From: an uncultured Nitrososphaerota archaeon
GTDB taxonomy: Archaea; Asgardarchaeota; Njordarchaeia; Njordarchaeales; Panguiarchaeaceae
Assembly: GCA_964636085.1 (NCBI GenBank)
Contig: CAZWPQ010000023.1
Span: 1 to 34,140, forward strand
Reading direction: 5' to 3'
Length of the DNA: 34,140 nucleotides
Shown: piece after piece, positions 18,272 through 27,058 of the stretch
Numbering within the stretch: the stretch's first letter is position 1
How the letters are laid out: each line of letters begins with the position of its first letter
Notes under the pieces: generated by a model
The model's input: only the letters and a program-made list of their open reading frames with translations
What the model was told of the DNA's origin: nothing
Databases searched by the model: none
Translations under genes and position numbers: made by a program

Positions 18272-20818
18272 TTACCCAAGTGGTTTTCCCCTAATGCTCC
18301 AGTAGTCCATCCATATGGCTCCACTTATTATTGGATACATTGAAAGAAAATACATGGCCGCCATTATTAATAATAGCATGCTTAGGGGGGCGGCCAGCTT
18401 TTTATCAGCCTTATCTAGCGCTATAGCCAGCATTATATACATCGATGGCAATAAATGATATACGTAAAAAATGTAGTGAAGCCTACCTTCCTTGAATAGC
18501 CTATATACAATATGACTGACCATATCCATAACCACGTTGCTTCCTTCGTTATAGTAATAATAGAACCAATGTGCAAGAGCGGAAGGAATTAATGCAAGCC
18601 ATGTCAGAAAGCCCCAGAGGAAAATGAGGGAATATGGGTCAAGACTTTTCTTTATAGCCTTTAGGTCATCAAGGATCCTGGATTTCTTGTGGAGAATCTT
18701 CTCTACAGAAATTCCATAGGAATATAAGACAATGATCACAGATGCATATACTACACCTAGAGTAAGAATAAGTAGTAGCCCTAGGAACCATGTGACCGGC
18801 TCTGCTAGGAGTATAACCATCGTAGCGATGTATGTTCCAAGCTGAAACACATATATAACTTTTGTATAACATCTAATAGGCTTCCACCCATATATCCAGT
18901 CCCAGGGGTGGGATTCTATTGTTGGTTGTGTATCGGGCAATCTTGAATACACCCCAAACATTATACCAACAATCTCCATGACCCAGAGGGGGAATAGGAT
19001 AGCCAACAGGAACTTTGTGTAGGCATCAAGTATTAAGCCTTGTTGTTCTAACTTCCAAATGGCCATAATGTAGAGAGGTACGTATGTTATACATAGCACT
19101 ATCGTGGGGATTATCAAGAGAGCGAAAATCATTTTTAGTATGTCATGTTTACCCTTGGGAAATGGAACAAATGTCAAAACGACTAGAATCGCCATGAGTG
19201 CAACCATCTTGGATGATATGGCCAGCCCCAAGAACAGACCAGTTATATATAGCCATCTTGTCTTTTCCCCCTTCGTTGAGGAGTACTTTGTTGCGGAGGC
19301 CATACCCAAGGAAGCAAAACCAAGAGAAGGCCCATCAAGCATAGCTAGTCTTGAAAGACTGAAATAAAGGGGATCTGTAAGTAATAATAGGGTGGCTATC
19401 ATGGATACTTTTTCCGAACCCGTTATCTGTTGTGCCATATAGTAGACTGCAGGAACGACAAGTGCGGAGAAAGGTACAATCAATATTCTCCAACCCAACG
19501 AGTTATCCCCCAATAGCATTATGCCTATGGCTATTAGATACTTAACTAGAGGTGGATGCTCGAATCGGGGGTCTGTACCTTCCTTCAGTATCTCCTCAGC
19601 GGCAGTTACGTAATGCCACTCGTCAAAAACTTTTTCGGGGGGCTCACCGATCTTGTAAAAGAGCAATAATAAAGTGGCTAAGTATAGCAGAATTAGCTTG
19701 ACTATTCTCCTCGAAAATAGTCTAGCTAATAGATTCCTTATTGATCCAATAAACCCAAGTATTTCACGGTAGTTTAGGTCTGGAGTTATTTTTTCGAGAA
19801 ACATCTTTTCTTGACTCACTAACATCAGCACTATCCAGGCAACTATAAGGACTATCATAGCTTTGTACATCAATATACCCTCTATGTCTCCTATATAGAG
19901 ACTAACCGAATAGATGCCATCTACAACAAGTATTGCTGAGGTGTTCAGCCTTGTGTTAAATAGCACGAGTAAAAACGCTATATGTATTGGTAGTGATAAC
20001 ATAAGAACCAACGTGTGGGGCATTATCGCCTCCAGCTCCAATAGTTGTATCAACAGTAGTATCATTACTCTCTCCTCTGGATCCCCGATAAAGTTTGCGA
20101 TATACCATCCCAACAATGCACCAATGGCCCCAGCAACCACAATGAAGAACAGTAGAATGGGGCTCCCAAATATACTATTGAATGTTGAAGCTAACGCTTC
20201 CTTCAATACTGGCAGACTATAATTTCCTATCCCACTAATAATAAAAGTAATCCCAATGCTATAAGTGTAGTAGTATATGTACCATAACGCCAAAATATTT
20301 GGTACAGATATTAACACGATTGCTCTTATCTTGCTCTTTGATGCTATTAGATATGGAGGAATCAACAAAAAAAATGCCCAGTTCATCATGATTGCAATTC
20401 CTAATAGAAATGTCGCGGAGTCTATTTTATTGTCCATTAGGGCAACAATGGATAGGAGCATTATTACTGTAGGCACGATATATGGATCCATTATAAACAT
20501 GATTATAGAGGGCAAGAATACAAATGCTATAGCATAAATACCCACCTTAGGGTATGTCTTTGTTATAATATATAAGAAACTCACTATGACTAGTGCAAAA
20601 CATAGATATACAAAGGGCTGGAGCCCAATAAGCCCACATATTGCGTAGATGTGCATAAAATATCCAGGGGACAACCCCTTGATATAGCAGTAGTATAGAG
20701 TATAGTGAAGACTTATCGACTCTAACAAACCCCACCACTTATGGATATTTATGATCATCGAAACAGTAAGAACAGCCGCCACGAGACAGTATATATATAG
20801 CGTTTCCCATGACTTCAT
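18272..20818 (-). CDS. GT-C glycosyltransferase (GT39/PMT-like) with an extra N-terminal polytopic membrane module
   Basis: VFDEWHY, EHPPLVKYLIA, GWRI, SRLAMLD, GLAISSK, SHPWDW; many TM helices. Confidence 0.85.
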   Translation of the reverse strand: MKSWETLYIYCLVAAVLTVSMIINIHKWWGLLESISLHYTLYYCYIKGLSPGYFMHIYAICGLIGLQPFVYLCFALVIVSFLYIITKTYPKVGIYAIAFVFLPSIIMFIMDPYIVPTVIMLLSIVALMDNKIDSATFLLGIAIMMNWAFFLLIPPYLIASKSKIRAIVLISVPNILALWYIYYYTYSIGITFIISGIGNYSLPVLKEALASTFNSIFGSPILLFFIVVAGAIGALLGWYIANFIGDPEERVMILLLIQLLELEAIMPHTLVLMLSLPIHIAFLLVLFNTRLNTSAILVVDGIYSVSLYIGDIEGILMYKAMIVLIVAWIVLMLVSQEKMFLEKITPDLNYREILGFIGSIRNLLARLFSRRIVKLILLYLATLLLLFYKIGEPPEKVFDEWHYVTAAEEILKEGTDPRFEHPPLVKYLIAIGIMLLGDNSLGWRILIVPFSALVVPAVYYMAQQITGSEKVSMIATLLLLTDPLYFSLSRLAMLDGPSLGFASLGMASATKYSSTKGEKTRWLYITGLFLGLAISSKMVALMAILVVLTFVPFPKGKHDILKMIFALLIIPTIVLCITYVPLYIMAIWKLEQQGLILDAYTKFLLAILFPLWVMEIVGIMFGVYSRLPDTQPTIESHPWDWIYGWKPIRCYTKVIYVFQLGTYIATMVILLAEPVTWFLGLLLILTLGVVYASVIIVLYSYGISVEKILHKKSRILDDLKAIKKSLDPYSLIFLWGFLTWLALIPSALAHWFYYYYNEGSNVVMDMVSHIVYRLFKEGRLHYIFYVYHLLPSMYIMLAIALDKADKKLAAPLSMLLLIMAAMYFLSMYPIISGAIWMDYWSIRGKPLG

Positions 20819-21041
20819 TTAAGGACCCTCAACACATGTGCAAGGACTACTATGATACTAATCCAAGACCCCACAGTATCAGAATTCAAAACCCATAAAT
20901 AAAGGAAAAAAGATTTTACATTCGTTGTCTATGAGTATTTTTAGGTACCGTATTGTCTGACAGAATACGATTACATTTTATAGTGGAGAGTAAACAAGGG
21001 AGGGAGTAGAACTAGAAAGATTCTTATTTGTTGCACAGAGG

Positions 21042-22073
21042 CTAGTTACTTCTAAGGGATCTTCTTCCCCTTCTCATACAGGACTTTATTAGTGCCTTTT
21101 CTACATCTGTCAAGTACTTCATTATGACTGGTAGTATCTCTCTTATAGTTATTGGCGTTGTCTGGAATATGTCCGATATATCAAACTGCCTTAATTTGAT
21201 TCTGCGGTTATCTGGCAGTACAAGAATAGTTGCCACATATGTCAGAGCTGTCGCTATAGATTTTGCAGTTTTTCCTAGTTTTAATAAATCATTCTTCGCT
21301 TTCTTCCACAACTCATTAACTTTCTGTATTATGGCTCCTTCATATCCCTGTATAATTTTCACCTTTCTAAGTTTGCCTCTATAGATCTCAAGTAGTTTTA
21401 TTGGCTGATCCTCTTCCCTTATTAAATAAGCCGTTGTCCTGATCTTAAGCAGATCAGCTATAATCCTTCTCTTAGACCTAATTTGCTTCGCCAACCTCCT
21501 GATTTTTGTCTCACTATAGCTATTCATTGAATGCAACAATGTTTCTTCAGTTATGGCATAGCCATGCATCCTTGCTGCCAGCAAGAATGCCGCGTATGCC
21601 GAAACCTCCAGGTTATCACTCCTAGTCTTTTGGTGCTTTAGATATCTCGCAAATATATCAATTGCGCTCTTCACAATAGGACTATTCTCGGAGAACCCTA
21701 TAGCGATTGCCGCCCTCTTTATATATGAGGTGGCATCACTGAGATGCCTTCTCCTTATGGTACTCTCAATCGAATAAATATCATGCGGCATCAATTTCCT
21801 ATGAATCTGTATATCCTCCTCCTCGGGCTCCGGCCGAGCATACTTAACCTCTGCGTGGGGCTTCACGAAGGTATCGTATACTCTTCCACATACGGGACAG
21901 AAGACTTCATCGGTATCTTCGTTATAATCCAACGCAACCCTACATATAGGACAATATCCATAAGGGGTCTCAACGACCATTTTTTCTTCTATTTGTAAGG
22001 GTATAAATTGACCTGGAATATCCACTATTTCACCTTTTTCGTGCCTTTTAACTAGTGTCTCCATCGCATACAC
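21042..22073 (-). CDS. Divergent transcription initiation factor IIB (TFB) paralog
   Basis: Zn ribbon CPIC-x15-CPVCG, two cyclin-fold repeats (AAFLLAARMHG; GKTAKSIATALTYVA), C-terminal HTH (QFDISDIFQTTPITIR). Confidence 0.8.
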   Translation of the reverse strand: MYAMETLVKRHEKGEIVDIPGQFIPLQIEEKMVVETPYGYCPICRVALDYNEDTDEVFCPVCGRVYDTFVKPHAEVKYARPEPEEEDIQIHRKLMPHDIYSIESTIRRRHLSDATSYIKRAAIAIGFSENSPIVKSAIDIFARYLKHQKTRSDNLEVSAYAAFLLAARMHGYAITEETLLHSMNSYSETKIRRLAKQIRSKRRIIADLLKIRTTAYLIREEDQPIKLLEIYRGKLRKVKIIQGYEGAIIQKVNELWKKAKNDLLKLGKTAKSIATALTYVATILVLPDNRRIKLRQFDISDIFQTTPITIREILPVIMKYLTDVEKALIKSCMRRGRRSLRSN

Positions 22074-22389
22074 CCGATAAAACTCTCATGTTAAGATTTT
22101 GCAACAAATATATATATTTTTTATTACACTTAAAAAATTTTGCTTTTCATCGAGATAATCTAGATTCAATGAGTACAATTTTACTTGTGTTTTTATGGAC
22201 CAACCAGAATTATTATAGAGTAAAATATGACTAAAATCTAAAAAAACTTACAAAAAGTCTTTCTCTCCAAGTATCACAAAATATCCATTAGCATAAGAAC
22301 ATCCTTGGACCCGAATTTCTTAATTTAAAATCTACGAAAACAGAAAAAACAAACACCAAAAAAAGATATATTAGAGGAGGCCCGGAAGT

Positions 22390-22704
22390 CTATTTGGTGA
22401 TCTGGATTTCTCCAGTACGCTTTAGGATGATCTCTATAGTACTGACGCGATTTACGCGTCCAGGCTGGTTTGGATTCTCAAGTTCCTCAGTACCTGTCCT
22501 TATGTCCTCGATCTCAATGATTCCTGGCAGATAACGTGTTTTGAGCATCTCTGCAACATCTACAGCCTTGCTTATCATCCTTCCACGCGCACTAATGCGT
22601 AGCTTTTCGGGCCTTTCGTTTAGGAGTATGGAGATGGCGGCCATCATGTATCTGATGAGGGGTTTCTTACCGATGTAGATTGTTGGGATTTCGCTTTCGG
22701 ACAT
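22390..22704 (-). CDS. albA: DNA/RNA-binding protein Alba
   Basis: IYIGKKP, ARGRMISKAVDVAE, GTEE, VSTIEI. Confidence 0.95.
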   Translation of the reverse strand: MSESEIPTIYIGKKPLIRYMMAAISILLNERPEKLRISARGRMISKAVDVAEMLKTRYLPGIIEIEDIRTGTEELENPNQPGRVNRVSTIEIILKRTGEIQITK

Positions 22705-22907
22705 TTTTTCTCACCTAGGTATTTTGGTGTGTTTGCTATGTGTGAAATAGTAAATGTGGTATTTAAAGGTTTACCTATATCGCAGGGTCTATGGATGCTG
22801 TTTTTGTGGTATTATTTTCCTGTATTACGCTGTTTCTGTAGTATTACTATACTAACTATATTACTCCTTCCTAATCGATACATTTCATCATGGCTGTATT
22901 CAGTCGC

Positions 22908-23008
22908 GAAACTAGTTTCGTTGGCTAATTTTTATGGCTTATAGCACACAACAATTAGCACTGGAGAGATCAGATTAGCGATCAGCGTCGAGGAAAAAGA
23001 GAAACAGA
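22908..23008 (+). repeat. Left 101-bp inverted repeat
   Basis: Exact reverse complement of 24421..24521; the outer end carries the palindrome CGAAACTAGTTTCG (22907..22920). Confidence 0.95.
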
Positions 23009-23053
23009 GACAACCAACAGATGAGAAGCTTCCCATTCCAGTTCTCAGACACA

Positions 23054-23100
23054 TGAAACCAATGTTTCAGTTTTGTTTCAGTTGTTTCACCTTGTTTCAG
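23054..23100 (+). repeat. Phased TGTTTCA heptamer array
   Basis: TGTTTCA at 23063, 23074, 23083 and 23093, plus an inverted TGAAAC at 23054. Confidence 0.75.
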
Positions 23101-23287
23101 TTTCTCGCAGGATACATCCGATACTTCTTGCCCTGCACTGCGTCCTGTACATTCGAGAAATCACATATATTTTGTGTCGCTTTGCGTTCTATGCATTCAA
23201 GTTGTTCTATGTTTTTGTTTCGGGGTTTAGACTGGTAACTCTTCCCTCTAGGATGCTTCTCCTTCTTCTTCTGTCAGCCCCATTATT

Positions 23288-23342
23288 GCCTCTATTATTC
23301 CTCCTATTTCTCCCCTGTTCTGAATACTTGTCAGCAAGTTTT
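23288..23342 (+). repeat. 55-bp direct repeat, copy 1
   Basis: First 30 bp (GCCTCTATTATTCCTCCTATTTCTCCCCTG) identical to 24352..24381; 49/55 identical overall. Confidence 0.9.
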
Positions 23343-23467
23343 ATATCCCCACCAACAATGCTTGTTTGATACATTCTATCCACGTTCATTCTTGTTGAGA
23401 GTTTTAATTAATTATAATTTATTATAATGAAATTTAATTAAATATAATTAAAAGTGGTGATCTAGAA

Positions 23468-24310
23468 ATGCTATTCGAATTTGCATTTAGCATCGGGATA
23501 GCCATCATAATAATGGCATTTCTAGCAGAATATGTTGATTCGACACTAGGCATGGGCTATGGAACGGCTTTGACTCCACTCTTAATAATCCTCGGCTTCG
23601 AACCACTGCAAGTTATCCCAGCAGTTTTACTGTCCCAGCTTATTGCTGGCATACTAGCGGGTCTATTCCATCATTTTGCAGGCAATGTCAATTTTAAGCC
23701 GAAAACCATTGATGTGAAGGTAATCATGAGGAAGGTAAAGGAGCTCGGCATTGTTGAAAGCTTTAGGCGAGGCGTTCCTCTGCCCCTCAAGGTCGCCATT
23801 ATATTGGCCCTATGTGGAATAATTGGTTCTCTAATTGCTGTGTTTGTGGCGATAAGTCTGCCAAAGCTCTACCTTAGAATATATATAGGGATATTGATTT
23901 TTATAACAGGAATAATAATATTGGCCACAAGAAATAGGCAATATAGTTTTTCTTGGAAAAAATTAACGCTCCTAGGAATGGTAGCCTCATTTAATAAAGG
24001 TATGAGTGGCGGTGGGTATGGGGCCGTCGTTACATGTGGCCAGATGCTCTCAGGTCTCAACGAAAAGACCGCCATAGCTATTACATCGTTGGCTGAGGGG
24101 CTAACATGCTTCGTTGGGGTAACAGCCTATGTACTCATTGGGGGGATAGTTGACTGGACACTAGCACTATACTTGATAGTTGGTGTTGTTCCTTCGGTAC
24201 CGCTATCAGCCTATACCGTAAAGAAAACAGGAACTAGGAAACTTAGGATGGCTGTTGGCATATTCACGGTGCTTTTAGGAGCAATCACAATTGTTAAAAT
24301 TTTTCTGTAA
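23468..24310 (+). CDS. Sulfite exporter TauE/SafE (TSUP) family membrane protein
   Basis: AEYVDSTLGMGYGTALTPLL, FNKGMSGGGYG, about 8 TM helices; GGTGA RBS and a very AT-rich upstream region. Confidence 0.9.
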   Translation: MLFEFAFSIGIAIIIMAFLAEYVDSTLGMGYGTALTPLLIILGFEPLQVIPAVLLSQLIAGILAGLFHHFAGNVNFKPKTIDVKVIMRKVKELGIVESFRRGVPLPLKVAIILALCGIIGSLIAVFVAISLPKLYLRIYIGILIFITGIIILATRNRQYSFSWKKLTLLGMVASFNKGMSGGGYGAVVTCGQMLSGLNEKTAIAITSLAEGLTCFVGVTAYVLIGGIVDWTLALYLIVGVVPSVPLSAYTVKKTGTRKLRMAVGIFTVLLGAITIVKIFL

Positions 24311-24351
24311 ACATTGAATCCATTATTACTCGTAACGACAAAACCATCCAC

Positions 24352-24406
24352 GCCTCTATTATTCCTCCTATTTCTCCCCTGCTCTGAGTATTGGTCAGTG
24401 AGTTTT
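24352..24406 (+). repeat. 55-bp direct repeat, copy 2
   Basis: Matches 23288..23342. Confidence 0.9.
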
Positions 24407-24420
24407 TAGTTGTTTTTGTT

Positions 24421-24521
24421 TCTGTTTCTCTTTTTCCTCGACGCTGATCGCTAATCTGATCTCTCCAGTGCTAATTGTTGTGTGCTATAAGCCATAAAAA
24501 TTAGCCAACGAAACTAGTTTC
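24421..24521 (-). repeat. Right 101-bp inverted repeat
   Basis: Exact reverse complement of 22908..23008. Confidence 0.95.
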
Positions 24522-24525
24522 ACGA

Positions 24526-24661
24526 TATTACAGATCTCTGTCAGTCTGGTCATGTAATTTGCTATTGCTTCTAGTATCGCAATATAGTTTGTCGGATCCC
24601 TTAACTCCTCTCTAAGCAGTTCTTTTGCATCCCTAAATAGAAAGGAAGAGCTATCAAAAAT
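24526..24661 (-). pseudogene. Internal fragment of an archaeal ATPase (ATPase_2/DUF234 type)
   Basis: IFDSSSFLFRDAKELLREELRDPTNYIAILEAIANYMTRLTEICN resembles the LLREELREP..Y..ILEAIA.G.T.LSEIAN segment of that family; no P-loop; cut at the IR. Confidence 0.7.
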
Positions 24662-24783
24662 ATAAAGAATTTCTGCGTAATCATGTACATAATTGCTTAC
24701 AAGCCAAAAGGTGTTTAGAAAAAATCTGCAACACTTAATTGAGGTAGTTTGACACAAAAAGTTTTCGGCTTAAATATAGCTGG

Positions 24784-26139
24784 TTAGATCCATGTAAATG
24801 TTTCTAGTATCTCCTTGAACTCGGTTTGTAATTGGCTAAAGTTGGAGACCTCCCCGTAGCATATAATTACTCCAGTTCTTGAGAGTTCTCTTATGTATGT
24901 AACGAAGCAATCTAGTTGGAGTGTTATTTTTTCGGTTGGAGACATATCAGTGTAACTATCCATTCGCATTGTTACTTTTATGTATTGTGTATTGTTTAGC
25001 TTTATTGGTCCTGTTGTATTTATTGTTGCTATTATTTCTATGTCCTCTCCCCTTACTTTTTGTGGTCTAAGCCATGCGACGAACTGCAATATGATTAATC
25101 TTCTCAGTGTTATGTTATCTATATACCCCTTGTCCACATCCACTATATCCTTCCCTTGTATGAGATAGAAGTTTATTCCCGCTTGATACCATATACTCCC
25201 TTTCTCATAGTGGCCCGTACTTGGGTATGTAACGAATACAACTCCAGATGCCCCTATCGGGGACCATATATATGACATCCTCATTCCGTTTATTGACCAT
25301 TCCTCAGGTAGTGCAGCCTCAATTCTTTCCCGTACACGTCTCTCTATCCCCATTGTTCTAGTAGCAATATACGTAGGAACTGGTAGGAGAATAACTAGTA
25401 GCAGTGCTAGACCTATAAATCTTCTTTTATCACTTATCTTTCCCTTGGTTTCTCTTAGGATTGTCTGAAGGTCCAACGCCAACCATATTATTCCAAATAA
25501 TAGTAGTGGGCCAGCGCTATCTATTATCAACAGTGCTAGTGTTCTTCTAAAGGCCTCAAACCACTGCTGAGAGAGTATGTTTGTTATCATTATTGAATAA
25601 AGCGTAATGTCCATCATTACCAATAGAAATGGTGCGAGTATTATGGCTACAAATCCTACAAACCTCATCGATAGTCTATATTTAAAGATAAATGGAGCAA
25701 AGTACATCAAGCACAACAAAACACCAAAGCTCATTACTGATAGGCCCATCATTATGAAAATAATATAGCCAGATATGATCAGTATTATGCCAGTAACTAT
25801 GAATAGCGATGCTATGAAGAGCTGATATAGCGCTGGCCTTTTTAACTCCCCCATTAGACTACTAAACGCTATATGCAGAAAAAGAGCGTAGATTACGTAG
25901 GAAGGTATTTTCCATGCTATTAACGGATCACGAAATACCAGTGATAACGATGCTGGTGTCAATATGGCCACTATAAAAGTAGTATAAATATCGCAGAGGC
26001 CTGCCATAAATACTATCCCAACCTTATCCAATACAGTGTATCCAAAATATTCACCAATAATCCCTAATAGCGTGTTAATTAGGGTGGCTACTACGCTTAC
26101 CATTACCTTATTTATCCTATTTAGCATGAATATCCACAT
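24784..26139 (-). CDS. Polytopic membrane protein (ECF S-component-like N-terminus) with a soluble C-terminal domain
   Basis: About 8 hydrophobic helices in aa 10-260 including LDKVGIVFMAGL, followed by a polar domain of about 190 aa. Confidence 0.7.
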   Translation of the reverse strand: MWIFMLNRINKVMVSVVATLINTLLGIIGEYFGYTVLDKVGIVFMAGLCDIYTTFIVAILTPASLSLVFRDPLIAWKIPSYVIYALFLHIAFSSLMGELKRPALYQLFIASLFIVTGIILIISGYIIFIMMGLSVMSFGVLLCLMYFAPFIFKYRLSMRFVGFVAIILAPFLLVMMDITLYSIMITNILSQQWFEAFRRTLALLIIDSAGPLLLFGIIWLALDLQTILRETKGKISDKRRFIGLALLLVILLPVPTYIATRTMGIERRVRERIEAALPEEWSINGMRMSYIWSPIGASGVVFVTYPSTGHYEKGSIWYQAGINFYLIQGKDIVDVDKGYIDNITLRRLIILQFVAWLRPQKVRGEDIEIIATINTTGPIKLNNTQYIKVTMRMDSYTDMSPTEKITLQLDCFVTYIRELSRTGVIICYGEVSNFSQLQTEFKEILETFTWI

Positions 26140-26189
26140 ACGCTTGGCTTGTCAAAAAATGCGGAAAGCATCCAATGTTCGATAAAGAT

Positions 26190-26711
26190 TCAATCCTTTA
26201 GAACCCCCAAAATTCGTAATTTATTTTTACAGTTATCACAAAAATCTGGGGGTTTCCTATCTAGCTCCCACAGTGAGTTAGCAAACCTCATTACACACGC
26301 TTCTCTACAATGTGATAAACCAAAAACATGACCCAACTCATGCTTGACTGTTTTAGATAGACGATTCCGAAAATCTCTGGGATCCCCTCCATATCTAAAT
26401 CTTTCTAGACCAATAACCGCTCCTCCTCCACATTGCGCTACTCCAAAAACAAAGTTAAGTCCCTCCACATATATGTCATCATTAACGATAACTAATATTG
26501 GTCTCTCCTTGTTTTCCATCAAGCAACGATTTAATATTTCCTCTGCATCATACTGGCGACGCAATCCATTCCATGCATACCCCACCTCGATCGGTTCATC
26601 GGCTATGTAGGGATACAGATTAAATGTTTTTTGAATAGTATCCATAACGATGTCTAGGGATTCTCTATCCACTCTCCTTGTCCAGATAATTTTAATCTTC
26701 TTCACTCGCAA
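26190..26711 (-). CDS. Archaemetzincin (peptidase M54) Zn metalloprotease
   Basis: RRQYDAE, DIYVEGLNFVFG, HELGHVFGLSHC..CVM, FCDNC. Confidence 0.95.
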   Translation of the reverse strand: MRVKKIKIIWTRRVDRESLDIVMDTIQKTFNLYPYIADEPIEVGYAWNGLRRQYDAEEILNRCLMENKERPILVIVNDDIYVEGLNFVFGVAQCGGGAVIGLERFRYGGDPRDFRNRLSKTVKHELGHVFGLSHCREACVMRFANSLWELDRKPPDFCDNCKNKLRILGVLKD

Positions 26712-27033
26712 ACAACTTTAGTAATATCATATTAAGATCAGTTCCAGGATAGAATTCGATAACTCTTGATTTAAGGCCTATAGATATTTTTGTGATTTTA
26801 TCTGCAATTTTAGGAGCCATGACATTTATCGTTTGGAAAACTTGATGAAGGAGCTCTGCAAAAACCGCTCCAATGTTTTCTAGGAGTTCTGTCTTCTCCT
26901 TTATATACGGATATGCCCCCACCACAAGTCCTTTATCGTCCGTTAGCACTACGAGTCTCACATCCTTTCTACTTTCTACTAGCTGCTTAAGAATTCCACT
27001 AATTTTTTCCTGTACCGACATTACTACCCCCAC
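26692..27033 (-). CDS. Roadblock/LC7 (MglB/LAMTOR-like) domain protein
   Basis: 113 aa with helix, VRLVVLTDDKGLVVGA hairpin, long helix (ENIGAVFAELL), three strands. Confidence 0.75.
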   Translation of the reverse strand: MGVVMSVQEKISGILKQLVESRKDVRLVVLTDDKGLVVGAYPYIKEKTELLENIGAVFAELLHQVFQTINVMAPKIADKITKISIGLKSRVIEFYPGTDLNMILLKLFASEED

Positions 27034-27058
27034 CTAGAAAAAGGACTAAAACCATATT

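Larger units (their letters stand above)
22904..24525. mobile_element. Non-autonomous IR-bounded cassette carrying a TauE/SafE gene
   Basis: 101-bp perfect inverted repeats at both ends, an internal direct repeat, no transposase; it abuts a truncated ATPase gene. Mobility is inferred. Confidence 0.65.

Noticed and set aside
22729-22944. ORF ending KLVSLANFYGL, the same ending as ORF 24485..24757
   Set aside because: The shared C-terminus simply reflects read-through into the inverted repeat; these are not paralogs.
23054-23100. GTTTCA repeats as a CRISPR array
   Set aside because: Units are 7 bp with 2-4 bp gaps; there are no spacers and no cas genes.
23053-23389. Short ORFs inside the cassette as a possible transposase remnant
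   Set aside because: No DDE, HUH or tyrosine-recombinase motif in the frames I read.
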